Assembly (NCBI GenBank): GCA_009859145.1
Contig: VRVR01000033.1
Span: 62,001 to 126,000, forward strand
Direction of reading: 5' to 3'
From: Andalucia godoyi And28
Taxonomy: Eukaryota > Protista > Jakobida
Length of the DNA: 64,000 nt
The notes beneath the pieces are model-generated. The model worked only from the letters and a program-made list of their open reading frames with translations, made no database searches and was not told where the DNA came from. The position numbers were made by a program, and so were the translations under genes. Positions within the stretch are counted from its first letter, which is position 1; the number at the start of each line of letters is the position of its first letter. Positions 49,081-59,906 of the stretch are shown here, piece by piece.

Positions 49081-49117
49081 TTTGACATTGTTTGACATTG
49101 TTTGACATTGTTTGACA
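49081..49117 (+). repeat. 10-bp tandem repeat (TTTGACATTG), about 3.7 copies
   Basis: tttgacattg tttgacattg tttgacattg tttgaca, preceded by the degenerate unit tttggcactc. Confidence 0.85.
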
Positions 49118-49358
49118 AGAGTCTCGGATGGTGAATGATGGACATGGAAAACATGAAAAACCAACCTCAATCGTGGTATTATCCGCTACGCACCAGTGCC
49201 ACGCGTCCAAAAAAACCCCATTTCCATTTCCTCCGTTTCCCCCACCGAGAAAAGTCATGATTCACATTTCTTCCTCAATTCCCATAAAACAGCAAGTATG
49301 AGTCGCTCACGCACATCCACACACACACATATTAAAAAGTCGAATCTCTCTTGCGACT

Positions 49359-49406
<48 letters not shown>

Positions 49407-49664
49407 TCCAAACCACTTCTTTTTACAACTTTTTGGAATCCTCTTTATATTACTCATTTTCCTTTCCTTTTATCTATTTCCTTTTATTTCCTTGTATTTA
49501 TTTTCATTTATATCGCTGCTATTCATACATCCGTAATTAATTCGCTATTTCTTTTTCTTGCTGTGGTTCTATTGGTATCGGATTTTTCTCGTTGTTGTTC
49601 TTGTTCTTGTCTCGTGTGTGCGCTTTGAGAAGAAGTTCGTCTTTTCTTTTCTTTTATTTGCATA

Positions 49665-51158
49665 ATGTCGTCTTTGGACTTGTTGTTGGACTCGGACCTT
49701 CTTTTGCTGGAAAGCGAGTGTCCGTCAACTCCGAATCCGCACATTTCAGACCCTTCTTTTCCCTCGGCTTCCGCATTTTACGCCGCTCCCCCACCATCGT
49801 CGGCAGCGCTGTCGGCGTCGTTGAGTGCGCACATGCAAGTACCGCAACAACATCTAGGGCCATATCAGGCGTCGAAGTCGTCGATGGCGACGGGGATGAT
49901 GATGATGGAGGAGGACGAATGGCTGACGTTTGGCCCAAATGCCAGTGTGGTGTCGTCGAATGAGAGCGTGGCGGCGCATTCCTCGACGGATTCGTCGTCT
50001 TCCATGTCCAACTCTCCGTGCACTTCAGACCACTCCCATCACTCGGGATCCACATCTTGTACAACTGTGATTGAAATCGACGAGCTGCAGGTGCCGCCAC
50101 CAACTTGCCCGCCGACTCGCACGTCGCAGGTGCAGGGAAACGTCATCATCTCGGATTTTTCAAGGTTCCCTGCAATCGCGCAGCAGGCTGCAGGAAGCTC
50201 GAGGAAGAGATCTTCAGGGTCGCAAGCGTTGCCAAGGTCCAAAAAACCAAAGGCACCGGCAGTCATGAGATCGGAGGTAAGTCAAGGGTCGGACTCTGAT
50301 GTCGAAAATGACGTTGCAATCAGCAGCAATCATGGGAGCGAGAATGGTGGATCTGTTGCATTGGACGGGAAGAAACAGTTAAGAATGATGAAGAATCGAG
50401 AGTCGGCTGCGGCATCTCGGGAACGGAAAAGACTGCAGATGGAGTCTTTGGAGGCCCAGGTTCGAGAGCTTCGCGAGGAAAACGCAGTGTTGCGTGCCCG
50501 AAACGAGCAACTTGAAAGAGACGTGTCCATGCTCAAGGCGTCGGGAGGATCAAAGGGATTCCTGATGGTCTTTGTTTTTTCGTTTGTCATCATGCTGCCA
50601 GTCATGATCGGCACCGGCTCTTCATCGGGCTCTACGAGTGGTGTCGTTGTCAGCGAGCTTGTCAGCACGGGATCAAATGCAATGGACTTGTACGAGTCGG
50701 GGCGCCTTGCATCTTCTGCAGGACGAAAGCTCCTGAGCTTGCCCCAAGTCGCGGACAGCCCAACAATGGAACTTGTCAAGTTCGAGCCGACCATGAGTGC
50801 CGAATTTGCGAAGGACTTCTTCTCGTCTTCCGCTTCTGTTTCGACACCTTCTTCGTCGCTCATCTTGGTTGACTCGCCGGAGCAGGCTGCGCATGTAATA
50901 CACGGAGATTCGCAGACCGTTTACTTTTACATCCCGCAGATCCAGCCTGTGTGTCCGGTTTCCGTCGATCAAATCAAGGCCAGACTTGCGAGACCCGATG
51001 CTACTGTTGCGTTTGTTGTGCCCAAATCGGCGGTCGTGACGACTGCGGTTCCCATGGAGTCGCTTGGATCGGGCCTGACGATGCTCAAAATGTCAACTGC
51101 AGAATGGCAAGGACTCGCTACCGTTCTCAGAAACCACGTCAAGCAGCTCACTATATGA
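49665..51158 (+). CDS. Membrane-tethered bZIP transcription factor (ATF6/CREB3/bZIP28-like architecture)
   Basis: Basic region and zipper KKQLRMMKNRESAAASRERKRLQMESLEAQVRELREENAVL, then the transmembrane segment GFLMVFVFSFVIMLPVMIG and a luminal RKLL motif. Confidence 0.85.
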   Translation: MSSLDLLLDSDLLLLESECPSTPNPHISDPSFPSASAFYAAPPPSSAALSASLSAHMQVPQQHLGPYQASKSSMATGMMMMEEDEWLTFGPNASVVSSNESVAAHSSTDSSSSMSNSPCTSDHSHHSGSTSCTTVIEIDELQVPPPTCPPTRTSQVQGNVIISDFSRFPAIAQQAAGSSRKRSSGSQALPRSKKPKAPAVMRSEVSQGSDSDVENDVAISSNHGSENGGSVALDGKKQLRMMKNRESAAASRERKRLQMESLEAQVRELREENAVLRARNEQLERDVSMLKASGGSKGFLMVFVFSFVIMLPVMIGTGSSSGSTSGVVVSELVSTGSNAMDLYESGRLASSAGRKLLSLPQVADSPTMELVKFEPTMSAEFAKDFFSSSASVSTPSSSLILVDSPEQAAHVIHGDSQTVYFYIPQIQPVCPVSVDQIKARLARPDATVAFVVPKSAVVTTAVPMESLGSGLTMLKMSTAEWQGLATVLRNHVKQLTI

Positions 51159-51283
51159 GTTTCGTGCGCCGTTTCGTTGGTGCCGCAGCAGCATCGAATC
51201 GTTTTCACCCGTACGATAATGTAAATTCTGTAGTTTTATCAGCAAAAATCCGTTTTCGGGCAAATCTCGGCTTCCGAACGTGA

Positions 51284-51331
<48 letters not shown>

Positions 51332-51581
51332 ACTCAAGAGAAGAGCATGTTGCCAGGATTCTGACGATCTGCTGACGACGATAACGACAACGACAAAAAC
51401 AGTTGGAAATTGTACAAAAAAGGCTGACAGTCCGGAATCCGGTCTGCGATTCGGAGAACTGCCAGTGTGTCATGCTCATCCCGCTCTGCAAACAGTGTAA
51501 AATTGCTCCATTCAGCATCCACAGAAACGTCTCTGCGGTGCCGAAAGATTGCTTAGATTAAGAAAACGCCATTCCCACCTA

Positions 51582-52541
51582 TTACATCCCCTCATAGTGT
51601 GGGACATCGATGGACACAGGGCCGGCGTCGTCCAGCCTTGCGGCCTGCAGAGAGTCTACAAAGAAGCCTCTTTCCATTTCGATTTTTCGACTCCAGAGCC
51701 GTGCAACAATGTACCTTCTAAGCATGAAAAGCAGCAGCAGAACAGCAAAACCGACTAGACACAGTCCCACAAGCAGCACCACAAAGTACGCGGATGGAAT
51801 GCATTCAGACTGCTCTTCGTTGGGTCTCCACAACACCGGGCAACTCGAGCAGCTCATAGCCCCAGAGTCTGCGGCATACGTTCCAGAAGGACACTGAATG
51901 CATCCGTCCATGCCCAGTGAATTCTGATAGAACCCCGGCGAACACTTTTGACATCTGTACGCCGTTCCGTTTCCCGCTGAAAACGTACCATACGGACACT
52001 TCACACACTTTATATTTCCGTCCAGCGCGTAATATCCAGGATTGCAAATCTCGCATGCAACGCGAGTTGCAGAAGCCTGCGAGCCCAGTGGACAAGGGTC
52101 GCAGTACGATCGGCCGTCGGACGCTTGGTAGTATCCTTGTGGACACCGGTCGCATTCCGTGGAGTTTGGAGACGCCGAAAATGTGCCTGCCAAGCACGCA
52201 TGACACAGCTCGGGCTCGAAACACGATCCAGGCGCGCACACAATCGCCGATCTGTTGTTGATGAAATACGAACAGTCCGTGGAGTACGTACCTGCATCAC
52301 AAGGAGTGCAAAAGGTATAACCAATCGATCCTGCATCCACGGCACTTCCTATCGGCAAGCACATGACATACAGCAACAGTACCACGCATACCGGTAGCAA
52401 TGACAATCCTCGCGGTACCGATGATGGTGATGATGATGTCGCGGCTGTTATTGTCGCGGCTCTAAATACTGGCGATGACGGTGGTGATGGCGATGACGGT
52501 GGTGATGGCGATGATGGAGAAAGCATAGGAAACCACCCCAT
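51582..52541 (-). CDS. Cys-rich (GCC2/GCC3, ephrin-receptor-like/TNFR-like repeat) single-pass surface protein
   Basis: Repeats C..C..GT[YF]S......C..CP.G.YQ (CHACLAGTFS, CDRCPQGYYQ, CDPCPLGS, CVKCPYGTFS, CIQCPSGTYA). N-terminal signal-like and C-terminal transmembrane hydrophobic segments. Confidence 0.85.
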   Translation of the reverse strand: MGWFPMLSPSSPSPPSSPSPPSSPVFRAATITAATSSSPSSVPRGLSLLPVCVVLLLYVMCLPIGSAVDAGSIGYTFCTPCDAGTYSTDCSYFINNRSAIVCAPGSCFEPELCHACLAGTFSASPNSTECDRCPQGYYQASDGRSYCDPCPLGSQASATRVACEICNPGYYALDGNIKCVKCPYGTFSAGNGTAYRCQKCSPGFYQNSLGMDGCIQCPSGTYAADSGAMSCSSCPVLWRPNEEQSECIPSAYFVVLLVGLCLVGFAVLLLLFMLRRYIVARLWSRKIEMERGFFVDSLQAARLDDAGPVSIDVPHYEGM

Positions 52542-53231
52542 CAGGCGTTCAAGTTCCTAATGAGTTGAATCCTCCTTTTGATATTTTTCTTTTTCTTTTG
52601 AGCTGAAAAGAGAATGCGAAAAGAACGGAAAACTCGGAATTCGGAGACACGACAATTTCGGGACTTCGTTGGGGGTTTCTCCAAGAGAACGGGCAGCAGG
52701 CTTGAGCCTTGATGCTGCAGAAGAGAGTGCTTTTTAAAGTTATTCTCTTAATTTTTTTTACAGCCGCGAACTCCATCGCTGCTGCTGGCTTGACCGCTCG
52801 CCAAAACATGAATCACTATTGATCATCGTCATGGCCGGTTTGCGCTTGTTGGGAAGTTTCTTCTATGGAGCCATGCGATGTTTGTCTGCTTGAGGGTTCG
52901 ATAGGAAAAGAAAAAAAAAACGGAAAGAATGATAAGAAAAGAAGAAGAAAAGAAGAAATTCTAGACTTGACTACGGTAGGAACATCACGTCCCTCATAGG
53001 GTTAAATAAGAAAACCAAACTTCCGATATGATGCTGTTCGTTTGATGTTGAAATATTGATGCACAAAAAGGTCACTCGTACAACGCTTTTGGTTTCAGAT
53101 AGTCCTGTTTGTATTTCTGTCTGCAAGACGTTTGTGCATCTTGTTGTGCTGTGCTGTGCTGTGCTGTGGTGGTGAATCATACAACATCAGCAAAACGAAA
53201 AGGAAAAGGGAAAAGGAGAAAGAGAGAGAGA

Positions 53232-53263
<32 letters not shown>

Positions 53264-53371
53264 GCGAAGAAGAGGAAGAAAAAGACTGGGTTTTCCAAAT
53301 ATTTGATCAAGTGTGTTTTTAGTGTGTGTAAGAGTGTTTAAAGAGTGTTTCTTCGTCGCTGATCATCTTGG

Positions 53372-54577
53372 ATGTTTTCTGCTAGTCGGCGTTGGGTGCC
53401 TTCGAGAGTTGGTTTCCGGTTCTTCTCGAGCCGTCTGTCGTCGAACGTGCTTTCTGACGACCAGCTGCAGTTCCAGTCGGTTGCGGCCGAGTTTGCGCAA
53501 AAGGAGATGCTCCCGTATGCTGCGGAATGGGACGAAAAGAAGGTTTTCCCAGAGGAAACTCTCCGAAATGGCGCAAGGCTTGGCTTTGGAGGCGTGTATG
53601 TCAAGGAAGACGTCGGCGGTGCGGGGCTTACGCGATTGGATGCAGCAGTGATTTTTGAAGAGCTGAGCAAGGCATGTCCTTCGACAACCGCATACATCAC
53701 AATTCATAATATGTGCTGCTGGATGCTGGATTCGTTTGGAAACCAGGAACAGAGGCAGCGTTTCCTGCCTGCGCTTACGTCCATGAACCAGTTTGCATCG
53801 TATTGCCTGACAGAGCCGAATTCGGGGTCTGATGCGGCGTCTCTGCGTACATCTGCGGTGTATGATGAGAAGAGCAAAGAGTACGTCTTGAATGGCTCAA
53901 AGGCATTCATCTCGGGAGGAGGCAGATCGGATGTGTATCTTGTAATGAGTCGCACTGGCGAAAAGGAGATTTCGTGTTTTGTTGTCGAGAAGGGAATGGC
54001 CGGTGTGTCGTTTGGAGCACAGGAAAAGAAACTAGGGTGGAATTCACAGCCGACTGCAATGGTTCTGATGGATAATGTCCGTGTTCCAGAGGCAAACCTG
54101 ATTGGAGGACGCGGAAATGGTTTCAAGATTGCAATGAAGGGTCTCGATGGAGGTCGCATCAATATTGGAGTGTGTTCGTTGGGCGCTGCACAAACGTGCT
54201 TGGACATTGCGCGAGAATATGGAATTGTCAGAAAGCAGTTTGGAAAGCCGATTCTGGCAAACCAGTATTTGCAGTTCAAGCTTGCCGATATGGCAACAGC
54301 GGTGCATGCCTCCCGGCTTATGATCCACGATGCTGCCCAAGCGCTTGACAAGCAGTCGCCAGACGCAACAGTCAAGGCTGCCATGGCAAAGCGGTTTGCA
54401 ACCGACGAGTGCTTTGATGTGGTGAATTACGCACTTCAGATTCATGGAGGATACGGATATCTCAAGGACTACCCTGTGGAACGGTACCTTCGTGACCTTC
54501 GTGTCCACCAGATCTTGGAAGGAACGAATGAAGTAATGCGTCTCGTCATCGGACGGTCTCTCACCGCACAAGCGTAA
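53372..54577 (+). CDS. ACAD8: Mitochondrial isobutyryl-CoA dehydrogenase (acyl-CoA dehydrogenase family)
   Basis: Presequence [21 protein letters not shown]. Motifs [51 protein letters not shown] and [17 protein letters not shown]. Confidence 0.9.
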   Translation: MFSASRRWVPSRVGFRFFSSRLSSNVLSDDQLQFQSVAAEFAQKEMLPYAAEWDEKKVFPEETLRNGARLGFGGVYVKEDVGGAGLTRLDAAVIFEELSKACPSTTAYITIHNMCCWMLDSFGNQEQRQRFLPALTSMNQFASYCLTEPNSGSDAASLRTSAVYDEKSKEYVLNGSKAFISGGGRSDVYLVMSRTGEKEISCFVVEKGMAGVSFGAQEKKLGWNSQPTAMVLMDNVRVPEANLIGGRGNGFKIAMKGLDGGRINIGVCSLGAAQTCLDIAREYGIVRKQFGKPILANQYLQFKLADMATAVHASRLMIHDAAQALDKQSPDATVKAAMAKRFATDECFDVVNYALQIHGGYGYLKDYPVERYLRDLRVHQILEGTNEVMRLVIGRSLTAQA

Positions 54578-54884
54578 GATCTTCCAAATGCTTGGGAGGC
54601 ACGACGATCCGTAAGAAGGCGGGTGTTTGCAAAGCCAGACATGTCCGTTTAACTATACACTAAAAATACGAATGTTTCTTAATTACCAACCCAATCTGGA
54701 GAAATCCAGACAGATGGAAGCGCCGAAAGTTCGAGGCTGAACAGATGCGTGCACGTCGCAAATCGACGATGCCGCGGGAAAAGGAATATGTTCTCGGCCG
54801 TCATTTCAAAACGGCATCAGCATCACGAACTTATTCACAGATGTTTTCTCCTTTTCACGAAACATAAAAACACGCAAGTGGAGA

Positions 54885-57029
54885 TTATAGAAGAGAGAAT
54901 ACTTCCAATTGCGCGATTTGGAAAACGCCATCATTGCACGAACACAGTGCGTCGTTCCCGAACGTGTCGCAAGGAGCAGTAGTTCCGGATTCGAAGCGAG
55001 AATCAATGGACAAACCAAAACCTTCACCCCCAGCGCCGATGACCAAACCTTCGGGTCGTACTAATTGCACATAGCTGTTTCCAGATTCGCCCGTCTGCCA
55101 CCTAAAAACGCGCGCTGACTTTTCAAGTCTGCTAAGCTCCTCGGGATCATCAAAGTGCGAAGATGCAGGAAGAGCTTCTGCGGAGCCAGAAAGGACATTT
55201 GCAAACGATCCTGATCGAATCGACAGCGGGCGCTTTCGCATGGACTGGTTTCGAACGGATGGTGAAAAGGAAAACAAGAACGAATGGACTCCGGATCCGT
55301 AAAAGCCGGACGACGGGTGCCAGCCATCAGATAACACTGCGCCGAAAATGTGCCCTGCAAAATCCTGAACAACAAGTATATGAGGACCAATTGCCTCGCA
55401 CTTATTGATGAAAGTCAATATGGAATAACCATCGTCCTCGGTCGCAAAGACCCGCTGCGGCGCCTTCAGACGCAGCCGATCATCGGACAGCCAGTGCCAA
55501 ACAAATTCAAACAGACGGCGGTGGAGAATCCTCGAGCGCGTCGGGAACTTTGGAGCAACGAACCCCTTGATCCTCTGTGCGTCTCGGAGTAACGTGGGAT
55601 CCAGCCTTTCGCGGTTTCCATTGTCAAACTGCATCAAATCTTCTCTCGAAAGCTGCATCTTGAACGCTCTACGAATCAAATCCTCCGGGTCGGTCTTGAA
55701 ACCGCAGTTTGTGATTACATTCTTAAAGTCATCCACCGATTTGGCCTTTGCGAATTCCTCGGTATGCATGGAGAGGAGTGCTGCGCCGAATCGATACAGA
55801 ATTTTTGCGCCTTCCAGCAAAAAAGAATCGAGAAACCGAAGATTCGCAGCAAGCGGCAAATATGTGTAAAACAGCCGGTCAAACCAAGGGCTGAAAGCAT
55901 CGACTGCATCGAGACCAAGAGCCTTCATCTTCTCCGCCACGCTGGGAACAACCTTTTGCAAAACAGCTTGAAGCGTCAGCAGCGAAATGAGACGCGCTTC
56001 TCTTCCCAGTCGGAAATACCAATTGTTCTCTTCCGATCTCTTCGTGACGTAGCAAATGCATGCATAGGCTTCCGCCTCTGTCATGAACAAGAGGAAAAGC
56101 GACACCAAATCTGGCAAGCAGGGGCAAAAGACAATACGAGGATGGTTCTCTGCAAACACGCAAAGAAGTCTTCTTGCGGCGTTCGTGCCTGCCTTCGTGA
56201 GCGAATGCTGTTCAAACATCAACCGTTCAGCCCCGAAAGACGGCACATGCAGAGGGATGTACGTGGGCTCAAAGTCGATGTGAAATGTGTGTCTGAATGA
56301 ATTTTTGTATTCCTCCTCAAGTGCGTGGGCCGACCGATCAATCCCCAAGATTTTCAGCCACGTGTCTCTTCTGTGAATGTCCGGGATGCCCTTTCTGAGC
56401 AACGCCTTTGCCTTGGGATCCTCCAGATGGACAACCCAAGATCTCGAGTCCGGTGTCTCCACTACCTGGTACGTGGACAACGCTTCATGCGGCGACACCT
56501 GCTCGCCGACATACACGAAATCCTCTTCGTTGATTTCGGTGATTCCGGAAAACACCTGCAGTATGGCAACATCGGATTCAGTCGTTCCAGCCTTGTACAG
56601 AAGCCCCCCCTCCTGCTCAATGCGCACAGACGTCCGCGAATGTGAGTCGAAAGCCTCGGCTGCAAATATGGAAGTCGCTTTTGACATCCGGAGGCGAATA
56701 TGCTCGATGTGAACTCCCGGAAGCAAGTTCAATTTCAAAAACAAGATGTTATCTGCCGGAAGCTGGATTTTGCGCTTCAGATTCTCCTCGACAAACGGGT
56801 GAAGCATCACCTGCGGCTCAAAGGTCTTTGAGTCGAGAATCTCAAGAGAAGCCAGTGCGATCTTGGGAACACTGTCCGATTCAAGCATTTGGATAAGCTG
56901 ACGAGCGCTAATTTGCAGATACTCCACTTCCTCGTTCATTCCAGGAGCGCTGAAAGACCGTTTGCAACCACACTTGCGCTCAGGCTGGACATCAAACCAA
57001 AACCGAAGTTCCACAGTGATCTTCACCAT
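54885..57029 (-). CDS. TBC plus TLDc domain protein (TBC1D24/Skywalker-like) with extra N-terminal domain
   Basis: TBC motifs LLRKGIPDIHRRDTW.KIL, FCPCLPDLVSLFL and FLLEGAKILYRFG. TLDc motifs FATEDDGYS, FGAVLSDGW, FYGSG.HSFLF, LVIGAGG..GLSID and TFGN..L. First ATG is at 57029. Confidence 0.85.
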   Translation of the reverse strand: MVKITVELRFWFDVQPERKCGCKRSFSAPGMNEEVEYLQISARQLIQMLESDSVPKIALASLEILDSKTFEPQVMLHPFVEENLKRKIQLPADNILFLKLNLLPGVHIEHIRLRMSKATSIFAAEAFDSHSRTSVRIEQEGGLLYKAGTTESDVAILQVFSGITEINEEDFVYVGEQVSPHEALSTYQVVETPDSRSWVVHLEDPKAKALLRKGIPDIHRRDTWLKILGIDRSAHALEEEYKNSFRHTFHIDFEPTYIPLHVPSFGAERLMFEQHSLTKAGTNAARRLLCVFAENHPRIVFCPCLPDLVSLFLLFMTEAEAYACICYVTKRSEENNWYFRLGREARLISLLTLQAVLQKVVPSVAEKMKALGLDAVDAFSPWFDRLFYTYLPLAANLRFLDSFLLEGAKILYRFGAALLSMHTEEFAKAKSVDDFKNVITNCGFKTDPEDLIRRAFKMQLSREDLMQFDNGNRERLDPTLLRDAQRIKGFVAPKFPTRSRILHRRLFEFVWHWLSDDRLRLKAPQRVFATEDDGYSILTFINKCEAIGPHILVVQDFAGHIFGAVLSDGWHPSSGFYGSGVHSFLFSFSPSVRNQSMRKRPLSIRSGSFANVLSGSAEALPASSHFDDPEELSRLEKSARVFRWQTGESGNSYVQLVRPEGLVIGAGGEGFGLSIDSRFESGTTAPCDTFGNDALCSCNDGVFQIAQLEVFSLL

Positions 57030-57692
57030 CCTCCCAACTAATATCACCAACACCAGCACCACCAAAAACGCCTCACTCACTGACTGACTGACTGACTGAC
57101 TGACTGACTGACTGAGGTTCGCAGAAAAGAAACAAGAAAGAAGAGAGAAGAGCCGTGAAAAGAAAAGAACACGGAATAAGTAAAGAATGTTCACGCCCCG
57201 AGGAAAAAAAAATCAAAAAAACGACCAACGTCGAAATTGATCGAGATAGGAACAGCAACAGAACGTAAAACAAAAAACAAAAAAACAAAGAAAGAAGTTA
57301 GGAAAGAAATTAAGAAAGGAAAGAAATTAAGAAAGGAAAGAAAGGAAAAGAAGTTTGCAAAAGCCAAAATACCCAACGCATGACGCAATAGCAAGAAGGC
57401 ATGATGAAAGCAGGCAACCAAAAAAAAAGTGATATCAAAAGAGGAAAACAGCCCGACATAGGCTTTCAGTCCGGAAGTGTAGCGTCAAGCATCAAGTATT
57501 GCCCGGGACGAGGGATGGCCGAGACACTATTACAGCAGGCTGCATTTTTCTTTTCTTTTTGGCTGTTTCGCTGCTTATGGTCATTAAGTCACCTTGTTTC
57601 GTAGTTTATACTGGAGATGATCGCAGATGATCGAAGAAAAAGAAGAAAAAGAAGAAAAAGAAGAAGAAGAAGAAGAAGAAGAAGAAGAAGAA

Positions 57693-59612
57693 TCAAGGAT
57701 GGACTTGCGAATGGGCCTTGAGAGAACCTTCGTTCTTGATCTTCTCTCTGAGCTGGTTCTTGTAGTCCATAATGTCTCCGCTGAAACGAGATATCTTTTG
57801 GTCTTCGCAGATCCAAATTTCCTCTGCAACCTGCGAAATAAGTCGAAAATCATGACTTACGAGAACTAGCCCCCCTTCATAGGAGTTGATGCAGTCGCCA
57901 AGTGCGTCGATCGTGGCCATATCGAGATGGTTTGTGGGCTCATCCAGCAGTAAAATATGTGGAGACCGAACACGCATCATGGCAAACACAAGTCTGCATT
58001 TTTGACCGTCACTCAACATGCGAATCGGAAGGTTCTGCTGCTCTCCCGTGATTCCATACATGCCCACTGCTGACCGGACAGTGTCTTTTGTGATTTCCTC
58101 AGGGAACGACTTGAGCATCCATTCAAGCGGAGTCATGTTTCCATCCACTTGCTTCGTGGTGTGCTGATCCATCTTGAAGATTCGCAAATGGTGGTGACGA
58201 TTCACCATGCCGTCGGATGGCTGCAGTTCTCCGGAAAGAAGCTTCATCAGGGTAGACTTTCCAGCTCCGTTGGGACCCACCAATGCCACACGGGAATCGC
58301 AGTCTACACCCCAATCGACCTTGTTGAAAATGCATCTCGAATCTCCGTTCTTAGAAGGGTACGCAAACGTCACGTTTCGGACTTGCAGAACCGGCAACGG
58401 AAGTTTTCCGCACTGCGGAAGCTTGATACGGATCTGCTGAGAACCAAGAAGCGAGCCAGTGTCCACGCGCTCCACAGCGGTGCCTTCTGCTTGCATCTTT
58501 TCAAGCATCTTTTCGCGACTCTTTGCCTGCGAAGCACGAGAACCGGCGCTAAACCTGGCAATGAACTGCTTGATCTGAGCTGCTTGGTGCTGCTGACGGG
58601 CATACAACTTGGCCTGGTTCTGCATGACTTCCAAGCGCGTCTCGATGAATTGGTCGTAGTTTCCAGAGTACGCAACCAGCTTCTTCTTGGGCGTAAGGTG
58701 CAAGATGTGCGTGCAAATCTCGTTCAAGAAGTCCTGTGCATGGGAAACCAGCAACAAGATGTGTCGATCATCATAGCTCTCCTTCAAATGCTCCTCCAGC
58801 CAGATGACAGACTCGACATCCAAGTGATTCGACGGTTCATCCAACAGCAAGCAAGTCGGTCGAATCCACAGCGCCTTTGCAAGGGCCACACGCATTCTCC
58901 AGCCTCCCGAAAACTCGCTGCAGGGCCGCTGCTGCATAAGCTGGGTGAATCCAAGACCAAATAAAATCTCATGTGCTCTAGCCTTTGCCTTCTCCGGCTC
59001 CAATTCGTCCAACCGCTCATAAATGTCAGTCAACAACGGCGATTCCGGACCTTCTTCGTCCATGACACGATCCGCCTCTGCCTCCAGTCGTGCGACCTCC
59101 ACATCCAAATCACACACCACGGCTTCAAAGACAGTCACGTCATGCAGCGGAGGCACTTCTTCTCTCATCTGATACACATCAATATGCGCAGGAATGGGAA
59201 ACTCTCGCGCAGCCAGCGCATCCAGCAACGTAGTTTTTCCGGCACCGTTGTCCGCAATCAATCCATATCGCCCGCCGCTGTTCAGATGGAGAGTCGCATC
59301 AGAAATAAGCTCACGCCCATGCAAAGATAGCGAACACGATCCGATGTGGATGTCGTTGGACCGCTTTTCCGAAAGCATCACTCCGTTTGCAGTCCGGTAC
59401 TTCGCTCGCTCTTGGATCGAGTATGCATCATGAACAAGCGTAGACGTCGTGGACCCGTTGTCCTCCGCAGACATGTGCATCCCACTAATACCAGACTCAA
59501 TCGACTCGAGATTATCGCTGCTGTTGTGGTTTGTCGTACTCTCCTCAACATCCGGAAGTGAATTCGCAGACGCACTCTTCGCAGCCTTCTTTTCCTTTGC
59601 TGAACGACCCAT
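57693..59612 (-). CDS. ABCF2: ABCF-family ATPase (ABCF2/Arb1-like)
   Basis: Two NBDs and no transmembrane domain: NGAGKTTLL, FSGGWRMRVALAKAL, LLLDEPSNHLD, GPNGAGKSTL, LSDGQKCR and LDEPTNHLD. Confidence 0.9.
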   Translation of the reverse strand: MGRSAKEKKAAKSASANSLPDVEESTTNHNSSDNLESIESGISGMHMSAEDNGSTTSTLVHDAYSIQERAKYRTANGVMLSEKRSNDIHIGSCSLSLHGRELISDATLHLNSGGRYGLIADNGAGKTTLLDALAAREFPIPAHIDVYQMREEVPPLHDVTVFEAVVCDLDVEVARLEAEADRVMDEEGPESPLLTDIYERLDELEPEKAKARAHEILFGLGFTQLMQQRPCSEFSGGWRMRVALAKALWIRPTCLLLDEPSNHLDVESVIWLEEHLKESYDDRHILLLVSHAQDFLNEICTHILHLTPKKKLVAYSGNYDQFIETRLEVMQNQAKLYARQQHQAAQIKQFIARFSAGSRASQAKSREKMLEKMQAEGTAVERVDTGSLLGSQQIRIKLPQCGKLPLPVLQVRNVTFAYPSKNGDSRCIFNKVDWGVDCDSRVALVGPNGAGKSTLMKLLSGELQPSDGMVNRHHHLRIFKMDQHTTKQVDGNMTPLEWMLKSFPEEITKDTVRSAVGMYGITGEQQNLPIRMLSDGQKCRLVFAMMRVRSPHILLLDEPTNHLDMATIDALGDCINSYEGGLVLVSHDFRLISQVAEEIWICEDQKISRFSGDIMDYKNQLREKIKNEGSLKAHSQVHP

Positions 59613-59617
59613 TTTTA

Positions 59618-59650
<33 letters not shown>

Positions 59651-59906
59651 GTCTTATCCTTGGAGTTTCTCTGCTTCACAGCACCAAAAATCAAAAGATC
59701 AAAAAAACCAAAAGACCAGAAAGGTTTCAAAATGAAAACGAAAACGAGAAGCACATAGGAAACGCGCTGATTTTTTGACGATCAGAATCTCAAATCAAAT
59801 CCCAAAGGAAAGAATGAATGGAGACGAAAAGGGGGGAATGCGCGAGAACGCTTACAGCAGATTTATGGCGGGAAACCGCCTCAGTCCTCCGGGCTGCTTT
59901 TGCCGT

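Noticed and set aside
49081-49117. Short tandem arrays as CRISPR-like repeats
   Set aside because: Units are contiguous with no spacers, there are no cas genes, and the context is eukaryotic.
52549-52809. 86-aa minus-strand ORF just upstream of the Cys-repeat gene
   Set aside because: No homology, and no convincing splice link to the downstream gene.
59230-59275. First Walker A of the ABCF protein reads ADNGAGKT instead of GxNGxGKT
   Set aside because: Single conservative change with GKT, signature and Walker B intact; not evidence of inactivation.
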